NCBI RefSeq assembly: GCF_963921235.1
Contig: NC_086097.1
Location: 85,128,001 to 85,192,000, forward strand
Reading direction: 5' to 3'
Length of the DNA: 64,000 nucleotides
Origin: Mobula hypostoma
Taxonomy: Eukaryota
The translations under genes were made by a program, and so were the position numbers. Every line of letters begins with the position of its first letter. Position 1 is the first letter of the stretch. Of the stretch, positions 49,901 through 62,399 are shown in pieces. The notes under the pieces were generated by a model. That model worked only from the letters and a program-made list of their open reading frames with translations. It was not told where the DNA came from and ran no database searches.

Positions 49901-50882
49901 GGTAATGATGACGAGGAATGTCTCTAAAATCTCAAGACCGTGTTAAAAATATTAGAAGATTATGGGCTCAGAGCACAACGCAACAAATTCTTTAAACCAA
50001 GCATCACTTACTGTGGTCACACCACTGACACGCAAGCATTACACAAGTGTGCTGAGAAAATTCAAGCAGTGGTGATTGACCAAGGCCAAAGGACATGTCA
50101 CAGTTGTGGTTCTTTTTAGAATTTGTCAATTATTAAACCAGGTTCCTGCCAAACCTGGCTACTGTGCTCCATTCCTTGAACTCATTACTACAGTTCGGGA
50201 GGAAATGGCAATGGACAAAACGGTATGAGGTGGCTTTCAAAAAGGTAAAGGGAATGGTGACATCAGACACACATTATGAGCAACATCATCCAGTGAAACT
50301 TGCAATGTACTGTTCAGCAATGCAATACGTACAGAAGAAAGGTGTCCAGAGTTATCAGAATCACTTCCTGTGGTTCCAGAGTCAATACTTCCTGTAGTCC
50401 CAAGTCAACGCCTACAAACACCATGGAGGCGGCCACAGAACCTGGTTGTTTTACAGCCACAAATCTCACCTGCCAAGCAGTTTGACTCCACCCATCAGGA
50501 AAGGCATTATCGCACCAGACGAAGAAATCCTCCACAATGGTTAAATCTTTAGGTCTGAGCAAATTAAAATTTGCTACGCTGTGGATGTCTGTATAGAAGT
50601 CGATTTGTATAGTATACTGTATATAAACAGGGAGGACTGTTGTGTATTTAATATTTCAGTAATATTTAAATAACATTGTAAGTATATTGTTTGATTAAGC
50701 ATCTTATTCATTTAAATAATTCATTTTGGATTATATGTAAAAGAATGTAAATGGCATAAGTCATCATGCCACCATGTCACATGTGCTTGCCTCACTTAAA
50801 GTAAAAATGAAGTACTCAAGTTATCCCAGCTTCCTGATTTTCTTTTAATTAGTTTAATGTTTTGGAGTTACAAAACATAGCA
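46976..50882 (+). mobile_element. Gypsy (Mag/K02A2.6-like) LTR retrotransposon, degenerate; integrase apparently deleted
   Basis: LTRs at 46976-47951 (interrupted) and 50638-50882, TSD GCTCC (46971-46975, 50883-50887), purine tract before the 3' LTR. Gag knuckle 'CRECNKVGH', protease 'MELDIG', RT 'PFVPVAKKNGSVRIYGD...YPLPRREDIF...FSKVDLAEAYLQ'. Confidence 0.93.
47115..47868. mobile_element. Solo LTR nested in the Gypsy 5' LTR
   Basis: TGTTACG...CGTAACA termini and TSD GTAA (47111-47114, 47869-47872). The 3' LTR shows the empty site CACTTAAAGTAAAAA. Confidence 0.9.
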
Positions 50883-51139
50883 GCTCCAGTTAACCTTTTG
50901 AGTTGTCATCACTTAATGCCATATTATGGAATGCCCTGTTACATGCACTCCTGTTCATATGACCCTATATCAAATCCATCCACTACAACTAGACTGGGCC
51001 CTGTGATGAACTCTACAGTTTAATAACTTACCTTCAGAATTCAGAAATTGGAGATACAAAGGGACTTGGGAGTCTTAGGTCAGAATTCCCTTGAGGGTAA
51101 CTAGTAGTTTGCGGGTTAACTCAAAGTTAATCACTAAGC

Positions 51140-52200
51140 TCTAATACCTAAGCCTTGACCCCTCTCTGTGCAAATGGATCCTCTATTTCCTCACTTGCAG
51201 ACCCCAGTCAGTTCAGATTGACAACAGCGTCTCCTCCACAATCTCCATCAGCACAGATGCACCACAAGGCTGTGTGCTTAGCCCCCTGCTCTACTCACCT
51301 TACACTTATGACTGTGAGGATACGCACAGCTCCAACATCATATTCAAGTTAGCTGATGACATCACTGTTGCTGCAAAATCAAATGTGGTGACAAATCAGC
51401 ATATAGGAGGGAAATTGAAAACCTGGTAGAATGGTGCTACAACAACAACCTCTCACTTGACATCAACAAAACTAAAGACTACAGTACATGAGGAAGAATT
51501 TGGACATCCATAAGCCTGAACTCATTAGGGTCAGTAACTTTAAAGTTCCTGGTGTTACCATGTCAGAGAACCTGTCCTGGCACCGGCACATGGGTGCCAT
51601 CATAACGAAAGTGGGACTGCATGAGTTTGTGTAGATTTGGCATATCATCTAAAACTTTGACAGACTTCTTTAGATGCACAGTGGAGTATATCCTCGCTGG
51701 TTGCATCACAGACGAGTATGGAAACACCAATGTGCAGGAATGAAAAAGTCTACAGAAAGTTATGGATACAGCCCGGTCCAACACAGGAAATGCTCTCCCT
51801 GCACATGTACAAGGAGTGCTGCCACAGGAAAGCAGCATCCATCATCAAGGCCTCCCACTGTCCAGCTCATGCACTCTTCACACATTACTATCGGGCAGGA
51901 GGTACAGAAGCCTTGGGTCCCATGCCACAAGGTTCAGGAACAGCCACTAGGCTCCTAAACCGGCGTGTCTAACTTCATTCACCTTAATTCTGAAAATGAT
52001 TCCATAACCTAAAAAATTATTGATTTATTATTTATTGATTTTTATTTGTGTAATTTGTTCTCCTTTGCACATTGGTAGTTTGTCAGTCTTTGCTTATGTA
52101 TAGCTTTACATAATTTCTCTTGTGCTTCTTAGTTTTTGTGTAAATGTCTGCAGGAAGATGCATCTAAAGGTAATGTATGGTGACATATATGTACTTTGAT
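51140..52200 (+). mobile_element. Rex1/Babar-type LINE 3' part
   Basis: '[12 protein letters not shown]' and 'KLADDITV' motifs readable. The 3' UTR resembles other copies. Confidence 0.85.
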
Positions 52201-52208
52201 ATTAATTT

Positions 52209-52517
52209 GTGGGCATGTGGCCAAGTGGTTAAGGCATTTGACTAGCGATCTGAAGGTCGTGAGTTCGAGCCCCATCCGAGGCAGCGTGTTGTGTCCTTGA
52301 GCAAGGCACTTAATTACACATTGCTCTGCGACGACACTGTTGCCAAGCTGTATGGGTCCTAATGCCCTTCCCTTGGACAACATTGGTGTCGTGGAGAGGG
52401 GAGACTTGCAGCTGGTCTTCCATACAACCTTGCCCAGGCCTGCGCCCTGGAGAGTGAAGACTTTTCAGGCGCAGATCCATGGTCTCACAAGACTAACAGA
52501 TGCCTTTAATTTAATTA
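52209..52517 (+). mobile_element. tRNA-derived SINE with CORE-like domain
   Basis: A box TGGCCAAGTGG, B box GAGTTCGAGCC, GTGTCCTTGAGCAAGGCACTTAA core, and TSD ATATTAATTT (52199-52208, 52518-52527). Confidence 0.85.
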
Positions 52518-53072
52518 ATATTAATTTACTTTGAATTTTGGCTTTAGTAAGGTAGGGATATGCAATGTTTGCATTCATTGTGAAATGACTAAAATTTAAA
52601 AGCAGTATGTACTGCTGTGACTTCATAAGCTATTGGTCAGCTTGCATTTGGTCTATTGTGAGCATTTTTAGTGAGATGCCAGGAAAGGTGTGTCAAATTG
52701 TGAGGGAGGGGGAGTCTTGAAATGTGGGGATGGTGGTGGAGGGCTGGTGAAGTAAAGGAGGGGTGGATGATGGTGGTGTAATATGTACATATTGAGAAAT
52801 AAAAGCAGAGGGTGAAATACTTAGCAGGTCAGGCAGCATCTGTAGAGAGAAACAGAGCCTCAGATTAGTGACCCGTCATCAGACTCAGATAACTTAGAAA
52901 TAAAGCAGATTTTAATTTACAGAGAGAGAGATGGATAGAAAGGACAAAAGGGTGGTCTGTGATAAAGCAGAGACCAGGAAAGATTGTGTGGAAACGTGGA
53001 TCTTTGATTAGGTTGGCCAATTGTGAATGGCAGGTTAACACAAAGTTTGGCCGCAGCTATTTACGATCGACA

Positions 53073-53480
53073 GTTAGTGGCCACTTTATTAGGTACCCCT
53101 GTATGCCTGCTCGTTATTGCAATATCTAATAGAACCAATCAAGTGACAGCAACTCAATGCATAAATGCTTGAAGATGTAGTCAAAAAGTTTAGGTGTTGT
53201 TCAGACCAAACATCAGAATGGAGAAGAAATGTGATCTAAGTGACTTTGACTGTGCCAGGGTGGTTTGAGTATCTCAAAAACTGGTGATCTGGGATTTTCA
53301 CACACAACAGTCTATGGATTACAGAGAATATTGTGAAAAACAAAACACATCCAGTGATCATCAGTTCTATGAGTGAAAATGCCTTGTTCATGAGAGAGGT
53401 TAGAGGAGAATGGCCAGATAAGTTCAAGCTGAAGGAAGGTGACAGTAATCCAAATAGCCATGTGTTACAAAAGTGGTGTG
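53073..53480 (+). mobile_element. Tc1-type element, truncated second copy of the 32682-33634 family
   Basis: TAGTGGCCACTTTATTAGGTAC TIR followed by ATGGAGAAGAAATGTGATCTAAGTGACTTTGAC. Confidence 0.8.
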
Positions 53481-53484
53481 CATT

Positions 53485-54130
53485 TTTTAAAATGATTGGA
53501 GAATGGGTAGTGTTGATGTTCAAAGGGGACCCGGGTGTCCTTGTGCACAAGTTACTGAAGCTAGAGATGAAGAAAGAAAATGCTATATTTGCCTTCATTA
53601 TAAAAGAATTTGAGTTTAAGAGTAGAGATGACTTACTGCAAATTTATAGTGCCTTAGTTCAACTGCACCTGAAATATTGTGCATAGTTTTGGTTTTATAC
53701 CTAAAGAAGGATGTACTTATCAGAGAAGAAGAGTGCAGTGAAGATTTACTTGACTGGTTCACAGGATGGCAGGCATGTCTATGAAAAGAAATTGGTTTCA
53801 TTAGAACTGGTTATCCAGAGTTTATAAGAATGAGAAGAGATCTCATTGAAACTTGGAAAATTCTTACAGAATTGACATACTGAATGCAAGGAGGATGTTT
53901 CTCCTAATTGAGGGCTATAGTGCCAAAGATTACAGAGTAAGCATAAGGCATATGTCATTTAGGATTAAGATGAGGTGAAATTTCTTCACTCAAATGGTGA
54001 CAAATCATTGGAAGATTCTATCCTGAAGAGCTATGTCGGCTCAGTCACTGAGATCAAATGATTTATGGATATTTGGTGAATCGGGGACAAGAGTTATAGA
54101 GGAAAATGGTGTGAGGCAGAAAATCAGTTG
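53485..54130 (+). mobile_element. Old CR1 3' fragment
   Basis: 'FKGDPGVLVH...AIFAFI...LLQIYSALVQLHLKYCA'. Confidence 0.75.
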
Positions 54131-54139
54131 CAATCTTTA

Positions 54140-55010
54140 CTGGTGTGTTATTGTCACGTCTACAGTGAAAGCTTGTGTTACATACAGTTCATTCACATCA
54201 AATCATCACACAGTGCATTAAGGCAGAACAATAACTGTACGGAATAAAGTGTAAAAACTACAGAGAAAGCACAGTGCAGGTAAACAATAAAGTGCAAGAT
54301 CATAACATGGTAGAGTGCGAGGTAAAGAGCTCATCTTATCGTACAAGAAGTTGATTCAAGAGTCTCTGAGATAGAAGCTACCCTTGAGTCTGATGGTGCG
54401 TGCTTTAAGCCCTTTGTATCTTGTACCCAATGAGACAAGGGAGAAGAGAGAATGTCTGGGATGGGTGGGGTCTTTGGTTCTGTTGGATGCTTTTCTAAAG
54501 CAACAAGAAGTATTGACAGAATCCGTAGAGGAGAGTTTGGTTTCTGTGATGTGCTGAGCTGTGTCCACAACTCTCTGCGTTCATGTGCAGAGCAGTTGCT
54601 ATACCAAGCTGTTACGCATAAAAATAGGATGTTTTCTATGGTGCATCAATAAAAATTTTGTCAGGATCAAAAGCGATATGCCAAATTTCTTTAGCCTCCT
54701 GAGGAATTGGTGAACTTTCTTGATTATGACATCAATATGTTTGGACCAGGATAGGCTATTGGTGATGACTACACCTAGAAACCTGAAGCTCTCAACCCTC
54801 TCAACCTCAACACTGTTGATGAAGACAGAAGCATCTGCACTACATCTCCCCCCCCCCCCCAAAATCAATGTCTAGCTATTTTGTTGACACTGAGGAAAAG
54901 GCTGTTGTCATGATTCTCTCTATCTCCTTCCTGTACTCCAGCTCATTATCTGAGATATGACCCACCACAGTTGTATCATCTGCAAACCTGTAGATGGAGA
55001 TAGAGTAGAT
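54140..55010 (-). mobile_element. Rex1/Babar-type LINE 3' fragment
   Basis: 'YRFADDTTVVG' and 'VERVESFRFLGVVITNSLSW'. Confidence 0.85.
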
Positions 55011-55199
55011 GTAGATGGAATTGGTGCTCCCATTTCTTGTGTTTGTATGTTTAAGGGGAGAGTGAAGCTGAATGCTGGGAACGTGAGACTCAAAGCTCAT
55101 TTGGCTGATTTATGGAATCGTATTTATTATTAAGTCCGGAGGATTTAATGTGTTCACTCAGATTCTAAGGGGTTTGACCTTGAGCTTATGTCGAACTTT

Positions 55200-55347
55200 G
55201 ATGGAACAGTGGAGAATGTCAGACAGCAGAAATGTGATAGGGAATTAAAGTGACAGAATATTGGAGGTTCAGGGTCGCCCTTGTGGACAGACCAGGGAGA
55301 TTCTGGACAGTAGTCACCCAGTCACCATTTAGTTTTCCCAATGTACA
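55200..55347 (-). mobile_element. Penelope-like GIY-YIG remnant
   Basis: Minus strand reads approximately LYIGKTK*...LGD...SVHKGDPEPPIFCHFNS, similar to 12095..12286. Confidence 0.55.
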
Positions 55348-55791
55348 GTACAATATATGCGCAAGGCTTTTGCACAGAACTGTAGTAATTTTATGCATTG
55401 CACTGTACTGCTGCCACAAAAAAAACACACACAGAACAACTTTCATGACAATTGTGAGTGATGATAAACCTGATTCTGATATGGGTCTCTGTTGTGGACC
55501 GAGAGTGGCAAGGGGTCTGGGAGAGGGGAATCAGGGCTGGGAAAAGGGGAAAGGAGAGGCGGGTGAGAGGGAAGCACCAGAGGAACATTCTGTAATTATC
55601 AACAAACCAACTGTTTGGAATCAAGTGACCTAGCTTGGTGTCTCAGAGCATCCGTGCCACCTTCCACCCCTGGCACTCCTTTTCTGCCACCCGTCCCACA
55701 CTTCTTTTGCAGTGCCGCACCCCTTGCCATTCTCCAACATCCTCTGCTCCCACCAGATTTACAAACTTGCTCTCTATTCCATGTAGAGAAA

Positions 55792-55862
55792 TACCATGCT
55801 GTACAAAATTCTTAGGCACCCTAGCTATATATATGTGCCTAAGACTTTTGCACCGTCCTGTA
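55792..55862. mobile_element. Tc1-type mini inverted-repeat element
   Basis: CTGTACAAAATTCTTAGGCAC...GTGCCTAAGACTTTTGCACCG hairpin. A partial second copy lies at 55353-55384. Confidence 0.65.
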
Positions 55863-58297
55863 GATGAAGGCATATCTTGAGCACCAAAAAAGAGGACTTA
55901 ATTGAGTGAATACGAAGTTTTGCTTGAGGTTAACATAATCAATTATTCATGTCTAATTATTTTACATATTGCTGCTAAAAACAATAAAAGTTAATAATCT
56001 TTCAAAGTTGGTGTTCCTGCTACATCAAGCAGCTGAGGAAGTTAGGCCAGACCAGGATAGAGGACGTGGAGTGAAACTGGAAGCAATTTCATGTGATCCT
56101 CTGTGGAATTGGATTTATTATGTATCGATTTATTAAAGCCTACAACATGCCGTACTTTAACAGCCTGAGACAGCTAAATGTGAAAATAGAGGACTGAATT
56201 CAAGTTGTTGGGATTCCAATTATCCCTTTGCTTTTCCCATGTCAGTTCCCTTCTTGTAGAGACTTGCCAATTTGCAGCCCTTACTTTGTGAGACTGCATA
56301 TTTTTACAATGAAAGGGCTGCTATGCTTGGAAATCTAAGCAGTTAGGACTGAATTCATATTATTTGTATTATATAGGTAGAAATATTTCTGGTGACATTC
56401 TGGTTTAATGAGTTAAGCAGCCCTATCGGCTGACAACACAGCAAAAGAAGCACACAGCTCCTCAAGGTAGAGAGCTGCTTCCCTATCTACTTTAAGTCTT
56501 GTCTTTGTTTTATCCCCTTGAACTCTTACATGTTTCCATACTCCCCTATTGCACACAGGGTCGCAAGGTAACAAGGTCTGTAAGCTTTTGGTTGTCAATA
56601 TCGCCACGCAGATAGCCGCTCTAAATACACTTCCTGTCAGTCCGCTGACAAATTTGTTTTGATGCCCCTCTTGTGCTCTTCGAACATAGTGGAACCCCAT
56701 TGACACACCACCGCTCACCAACTGTGAGAAAGCTGACAAGGTAACAGAGGTCAGTTGTCTCATTATTCTGACATGAAGAGACACTGCCGTATGTTTTAAG
56801 TTTCTGTGCTTAATTACACCTTATATTACTTTTTAGGTCAGTTATTCTTATTTCTAGCATAACATTGCAATGCAGTAAACGTAATCATCTAATAAATTAT
56901 CTCACATCAAAACAAATAATGTGTGCTTGGCCTGTACATGGTGCAGGAATTATTTTGTGAGTGAACAAGTCTTAAGAATGTCTACACAATGTCTGATCTC
57001 AGATGATGAATTTGTCCAGTTTAACACAGAGAGGCCTCTTCCACCCCACAGCCTGGTTCACGGTGCTCGTGAACCACTAAATCATTATAATTGTATGTGA
57101 GCTGTTGTGTGATTAAATATACCATTACAAATTATAATTTATCAAACAAATTATCACTTTGAGCAAAATTACATTTCACCTTTTAATTACAGTATTGATT
57201 TTTTTTTGCAGACTGCTTTGTAGAATCTTCTCGAAACCAGCTGAAACTATTGTTGTACATGGGGACAAAACATATTCCAGTCCTGAGTTTCCACATAAAT
57301 GCTATTCAGTGAGCTCCATAGTCACCAAGTTTGGTGTCTGACACCCAAAAATTTACTTTGATATTTGTTGAAATGTTTCTTATCCTAATTGATGATATAA
57401 ATACATTGGACCAAATCTTGCTGGCGCAGTCTCAAAACTTGGAATTACCAGCCACTACCTCCACATGCCTCTCTTTACCTTATTTAGATGCTGGGATCTT
57501 ACAATGTTGGCCCGAAGCATCCCAGATTCCAGTTGAATGGTCTGGATGTAGACAAGACTTCCAGCAGTAAAGAAGACCTACCCCAGTGCCCCTGAAGGTT
57601 TTGATTACCAGCAAAGTCCAGTCCTTGTCTTGTCAAAGTTGTGTGGATAATTTAGTAGTTTTTTTTAAATGTCTCTAACATCAGACAGGTTATTATTGAG
57701 GTAAGCATTACAGAATAATTAAAATTATTTAAAATGCAATGTTTACAATTTCAGTAGATTTTTGCCGTGAATAGAGGCAATGTTACTAAAACAAGCAGAT
57801 ACATTTCTGCAGAACATACATGCAGAAAGTTGGGATCCTTGGTTTTAATGTGTGGTTAGAATATTGTTGTCAATGATTCAGAGCCTCTGAAGTGTGCACC
57901 TAATACAACACCACTTTGTAGTATTTTTAGGACTATACACTACTTTGTAGTATTTTTAGGACTATATAGGACTATATACCAAAGAAAGTGTAAGGTGCTC
58001 CTTCACTTCGTTAACCTGCGGGTGAACCTTGGGCAAGTTGTTGCACCTGCTTGCACCAATCAGAGTCATGAGAAGCCAGGGGATCAGCAGGCGGATGGTC
58101 ATATGAGCAATTGGTGCATATCACAAATCCTGGTTATGCGACCACTGACACCAGGCAGACAATCTCGGAAGTGTATTGATAATAGTTGGGGTCACCCATC
58201 TTATAAAGACACTGCCCAGAAGAAGGCATGGCAACAACTTCTGTAGAAAAGTTTGCGAAGAACAAATCATGGTCATGGAGACCATAATCGCCTAAGT

Positions 58298-61200
58298 CAG
58301 TGTTTTTTTAGATTATGAAGACACGCAGTCCTCTTTTTATTGTCACTTAGTAATGCATGCATTAAGAAATGATACAATATTTCCTCCAGTGTGATATCAC
58401 AAAACACAGGACAGACAAGACTGAAAAAGCTGACAAAACCACATAATTATAACATATAATTACAATAGTGCAACAATACTATAACTTGATGAAGAAGCCC
58501 ATGAGTACAGTAAAAGTTCAAAGTCTCTCAAATGTCCCACATCTCACGCTGACGAGAGAAGGAAGAAAAACTCTCCCTGTCATGCCGACCACAGTCCAAC
58601 TCTGAGCCATCCGAAAACTTAGAGCTCTGATCAGCTCTCCGACACTGAGTACTGAGCGCCATCTCTGTCCAAACGATTCGACCTCAATCTTGGTCACCAA
58701 CAGCAGGCAAAGCCAGGGATTTTGAGGCCTACCCTCTGAAAGATTCCTGACCACGCAGTAATGACAGCAGCAAACAAGCATTTCAGAAATTTCTCCAGAT
58801 GTTCCTCTGTGCTTTCATGTCTGTCTCCATCAAATCAGAATTGTCCATGGCCCCTATTTAACGAATACGATATCATTTTCACCGGAAGGCTGTGCACGCG
58901 TGGTGCGCTGCTGTCTCTCCTCCCGCCAATTTTCCCAACCTTTAAAGGCCAATGTCCCCCTAAAGCACTTTCATATTACCTGTGCACTGTTCAGCAGATT
59001 CAATATCAATGTAATCCTTGAGCTTGATGATTTTTTGCAAGAGTTGAAATATCTAGTTTGAATTGTGACAGCAAAAGCCTTAAGTCCCCACACGTAACAA
59101 TGTCCAAGTGGTTTCTGTTATTTGTGAGTAGGTGGTTCTCTCCACTGAAGCCTCTTTCAATAAGGTAGGAGGATGGAAATGCGATGAAGAGCAGTTTGGC
59201 TCTTCTCCAAAGACCAAAAATCTTTGGATGATAGTGTAGCCACATACTACAAAAGCAGACATTTTTGAAAAATGTGTTTGCTTCTTCATCATTCTGAATT
59301 TTTATCAGTTCTTCTTGCAAGCTTTCTTTCTGTCCTTCCATTTTGCAAAGAAATGGGTTAATTGTGCAGTCTGTTTTCCAGATCATTCAAATTCTTGAAT
59401 CGATTCTGAAAATCCTTCTTCAGTGACTGCAGGTGTAAGCAGTACTCTTGCAAATCACCATCTGTGAAAGAGAGTGGCATAATTTCCATGCAGGGAAACT
59501 GTGAGAACGTTCTTCTCCCAATGTTTTGCTTATTTATTTCCAATTTTCCGATAAAAGTGGACACTGCACTTATTACCTTGATTAAATCGAAATTCTCAAC
59601 CTGCAATTTCATATTTAGGATGTTCATTTTGTCATACAGATCAGCTAGGTATGCCACATCTCCATGTAGAAGTTCAGTCTTGTTTCCCAAACTTTTGTCA
59701 ACTTTAAGCAAAAATTCAACCACAGTCAAAAAGATCAAAGAAATATTTTAAGCAGCAGCCCTTTGACAGCCAACGCACTTCAGTGCAAAGAAGTAAGTGT
59801 TCCAACACTTCATCGTTATCTTGGCATAACTGGTGAAATATTCTGCTATTTAATGGATGAACTATAATTTTGTTGATAGCAGTTATTACAAGAGTCATGC
59901 TTGAGAAAAGTCACTGGCTGAAGCTTTTGGCTGCGAGATGATGATGGTGAATTACACAATAGAATGCAAACATACTTGGAATTTCTTTTCTCATAAATGC
60001 TACTAAACTAGCATGGCGACCTGTCAGATATGGCGCTCCATCTGTTGCACAACAAATCATGTTCCTAATTGGAATACTTTTATCCTTGTCATTTTGAGCT
60101 CATCATAGATTGATTCTCCATTGATATTTGTTTTTAACACTTTACCAAAGAGAATTGCTTCATACACTTTTCTATTTTTGATAAATCATACATATACCAT
60201 TAGCAATGTCTCATTGTCTCAAACAGTTGACTCATCCAGTTGTATCCCAAATTCTGTTTTTGTAGCTCTGTGCATAGCTGATACTTAATGTCTTCGCTCG
60301 TTTTATCAATACAATGAGCTACAGAGTTATTACTCAGAGGAATTGATTTTAAAATAGTGGTATCCATTTTTAGAACAGTATTGAGCACTTCTGATACAGC
60401 AAGCATTATTAATCTTTCACCAATTGTATGAGATTTTCCACACTTTGCTATCTTTTTGGAAATGTTATAAGAAGCAATAAGGAATAAGCAATAATCATTT
60501 TTACCTTTCTTGGAAAATGACTTGAGTGTGCAACACTTTTCAAATGCTTCTTTCATCTTCTGAAACTGAGTAATACCATAAGTAGCCTTTTCAGAGTGTC
60601 TTTTATGGAAATGTTCCTGTAATCTTGATGGTTTCATGGCTTCATTAGACAGTATAGTATTACAAATAGACACACGGGGCATCGCTGGTCTGACGGGAAT
60701 GAAATAAAACCATACTCCAGGTATGTAACATTGTATTGATACACTTTCTGGAGTTTCTGTTTCTCAGCAGGATAAGAATTGAAGGCTTCACCGCCTTCAG
60801 ACTCGTAGAGATAATGCGGTACATATTTATCCGTCATTAATGGATTAGTTAAATTAATTAAAATAAAAAATTAACACAAACTTTGAATGCCTATTGGATG
60901 TTGACAATAGCAGCAAGTTGACAGGGATGGAATGATGGTAGCGGCACACAAAGGAATGGCAAGGCAAAGATGAAGATGAACACAACAGCAAAATTTACAT
61001 TAACAAGGGTTTAGATTGGAATCTGAATGTTAGAGCTGGTGTTTAGCAAGCTACTTCTATACTACTCCAGTGTGTGTGATTGACCAAAGATGGTTCTTAG
61101 CTGTACATGAAGCTGAAGTCACTTTGAACACTTCAAGAGGAATCCTCTGGGTTGGCAGGTTCACTGATTGGCTCTATTTCACTATTTGGTTCTGGCTAGT

Positions 61201-61625
61201 GCCGTATCATTACGCAACCTGTTTTCCGCAGACCTGTAGAGAAAGTTCAGAGGGTGTTCTTCACTTATCAACTGTTAACTTGCATGAACTCATTCCGTGC
61301 CTCGAGTCAAGGGAAATTGTTGGGCACCTTGGTTGCTAATTTATGTATCCCCAATAATGTCTGTTTGGTTGATAAGGTCGGATGAGATTGCCGAGTTTCA
61401 GAAGTGTTGTGACAATGAATGCTCACCAGCTGCAGAGCTAAGCTTCTTTCTGTGTTCCAGTGTCTCATGCTTGCTGTTGGAAGTGTCTGCTCTACTAACA
61501 GTCAGTCAAGTCTTGTGCCTGAAGTTAGGGCGCCACTTACTGCCCCACCAAGAATCTTGAACAACAACTTCTATTTCCCCTAACACCTCCTTAGGACACA
61601 TAACCGCCCCTGTTGGGAATCGCCG
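58298..61625 (-). mobile_element. hAT (Buster/Charlie, ZBED5/SCAND3-like) DNA transposon with frameshifted transposase
   Basis: ORF pieces 'YLEYGF', 'LSNEAMKPSRLQEH', 'KSHTIGERLI', 'TEVRWLSKG', 'FPSSYLIERGFS...GDLRL'. Ends CAGTG[insert]TTTTCCCAAC / GTTGGGAATCGCCG, with imperfect 8-bp TSD GCCTAAGT / GCCTACAT. Confidence 0.9.
58308..58925 (-). mobile_element. Non-autonomous element, second copy of 40190-40840, inserted in the hAT terminus
   Basis: Reverse-complement similarity to the first copy, e.g. CTCCAGATGTTCCTC, GTCTGTCTCCATCAAATCAGAATTGT, GAAATGATACAAT. Confidence 0.8.
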
Positions 61626-62399
61626 GCCTACATCAGTTCTTCTTCTCCTCTTCCCCTCTCCTACAGCTTCTTCCCCTCTGCCATCCAATTCCTAAATGGA
61701 CATTGAACCTGTGAACACTACTTCACTTTTTAATATATATTATTTCTGTTTTTTTTTGCACAATTTTTAATCTATTCAATATACATATACTGTAATTGAT
61801 TTATTTATTATTATTATTATTATTGTATTTTTTCTTTTCTATATTATGTATTGCATTGAACTGTTGCTGCTAAGTTAACAAATTTCACGACACATGCCAA
61901 TGATAATAAACCTGATTCTGATTCTGACGTTATCAACATGCCACATAATGATGGTGATTGTTATGTAAAGTTCAAAGGTCTTACATATAGAAAACCTAAT
62001 CTATGGCCTTGGAAGTCTTAATCAATCAGAGAGTCTCTTTAACTCCAGTTATGTTCTTAAACTCGAATCATGTCTCCAGAATGGCATAGTGTTGAAAAGA
62101 TTAGTACCATGCAGTCCATTTCTGATTTTGCCCGGAGTAAATTATGTTAGCTATTTTTAAGGATAAAAACATGCCATTCACAAAGTTAGATCAGACGTTT
62201 GCATTCCTGATCTGTGCTTGCATGTGTGACCTTTTCTTGCCCTCACTGAATGATGCTGCTATTTGCAAAAATACATCTTTTATCTGTGAAAAGCTTCACG
62301 CTGCAAGCATCACAGAACAGTCTCCCTCAAACTGGATCATACAGATTGCCATAAATAGCTATGAGGTGCAAAATTAATAAAGAATGCAACAGAAGGGAA

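Noticed and set aside
52209..52285. tRNA gene
   Set aside because: It continues into a SINE body with a tail and TSD, and has no clean acceptor stem.
59006..60837. Domesticated ZBED5/SCAND3-type host gene
   Set aside because: Multiple frameshifts and stops, with TIR and TSD remnants, indicate a dead transposon.
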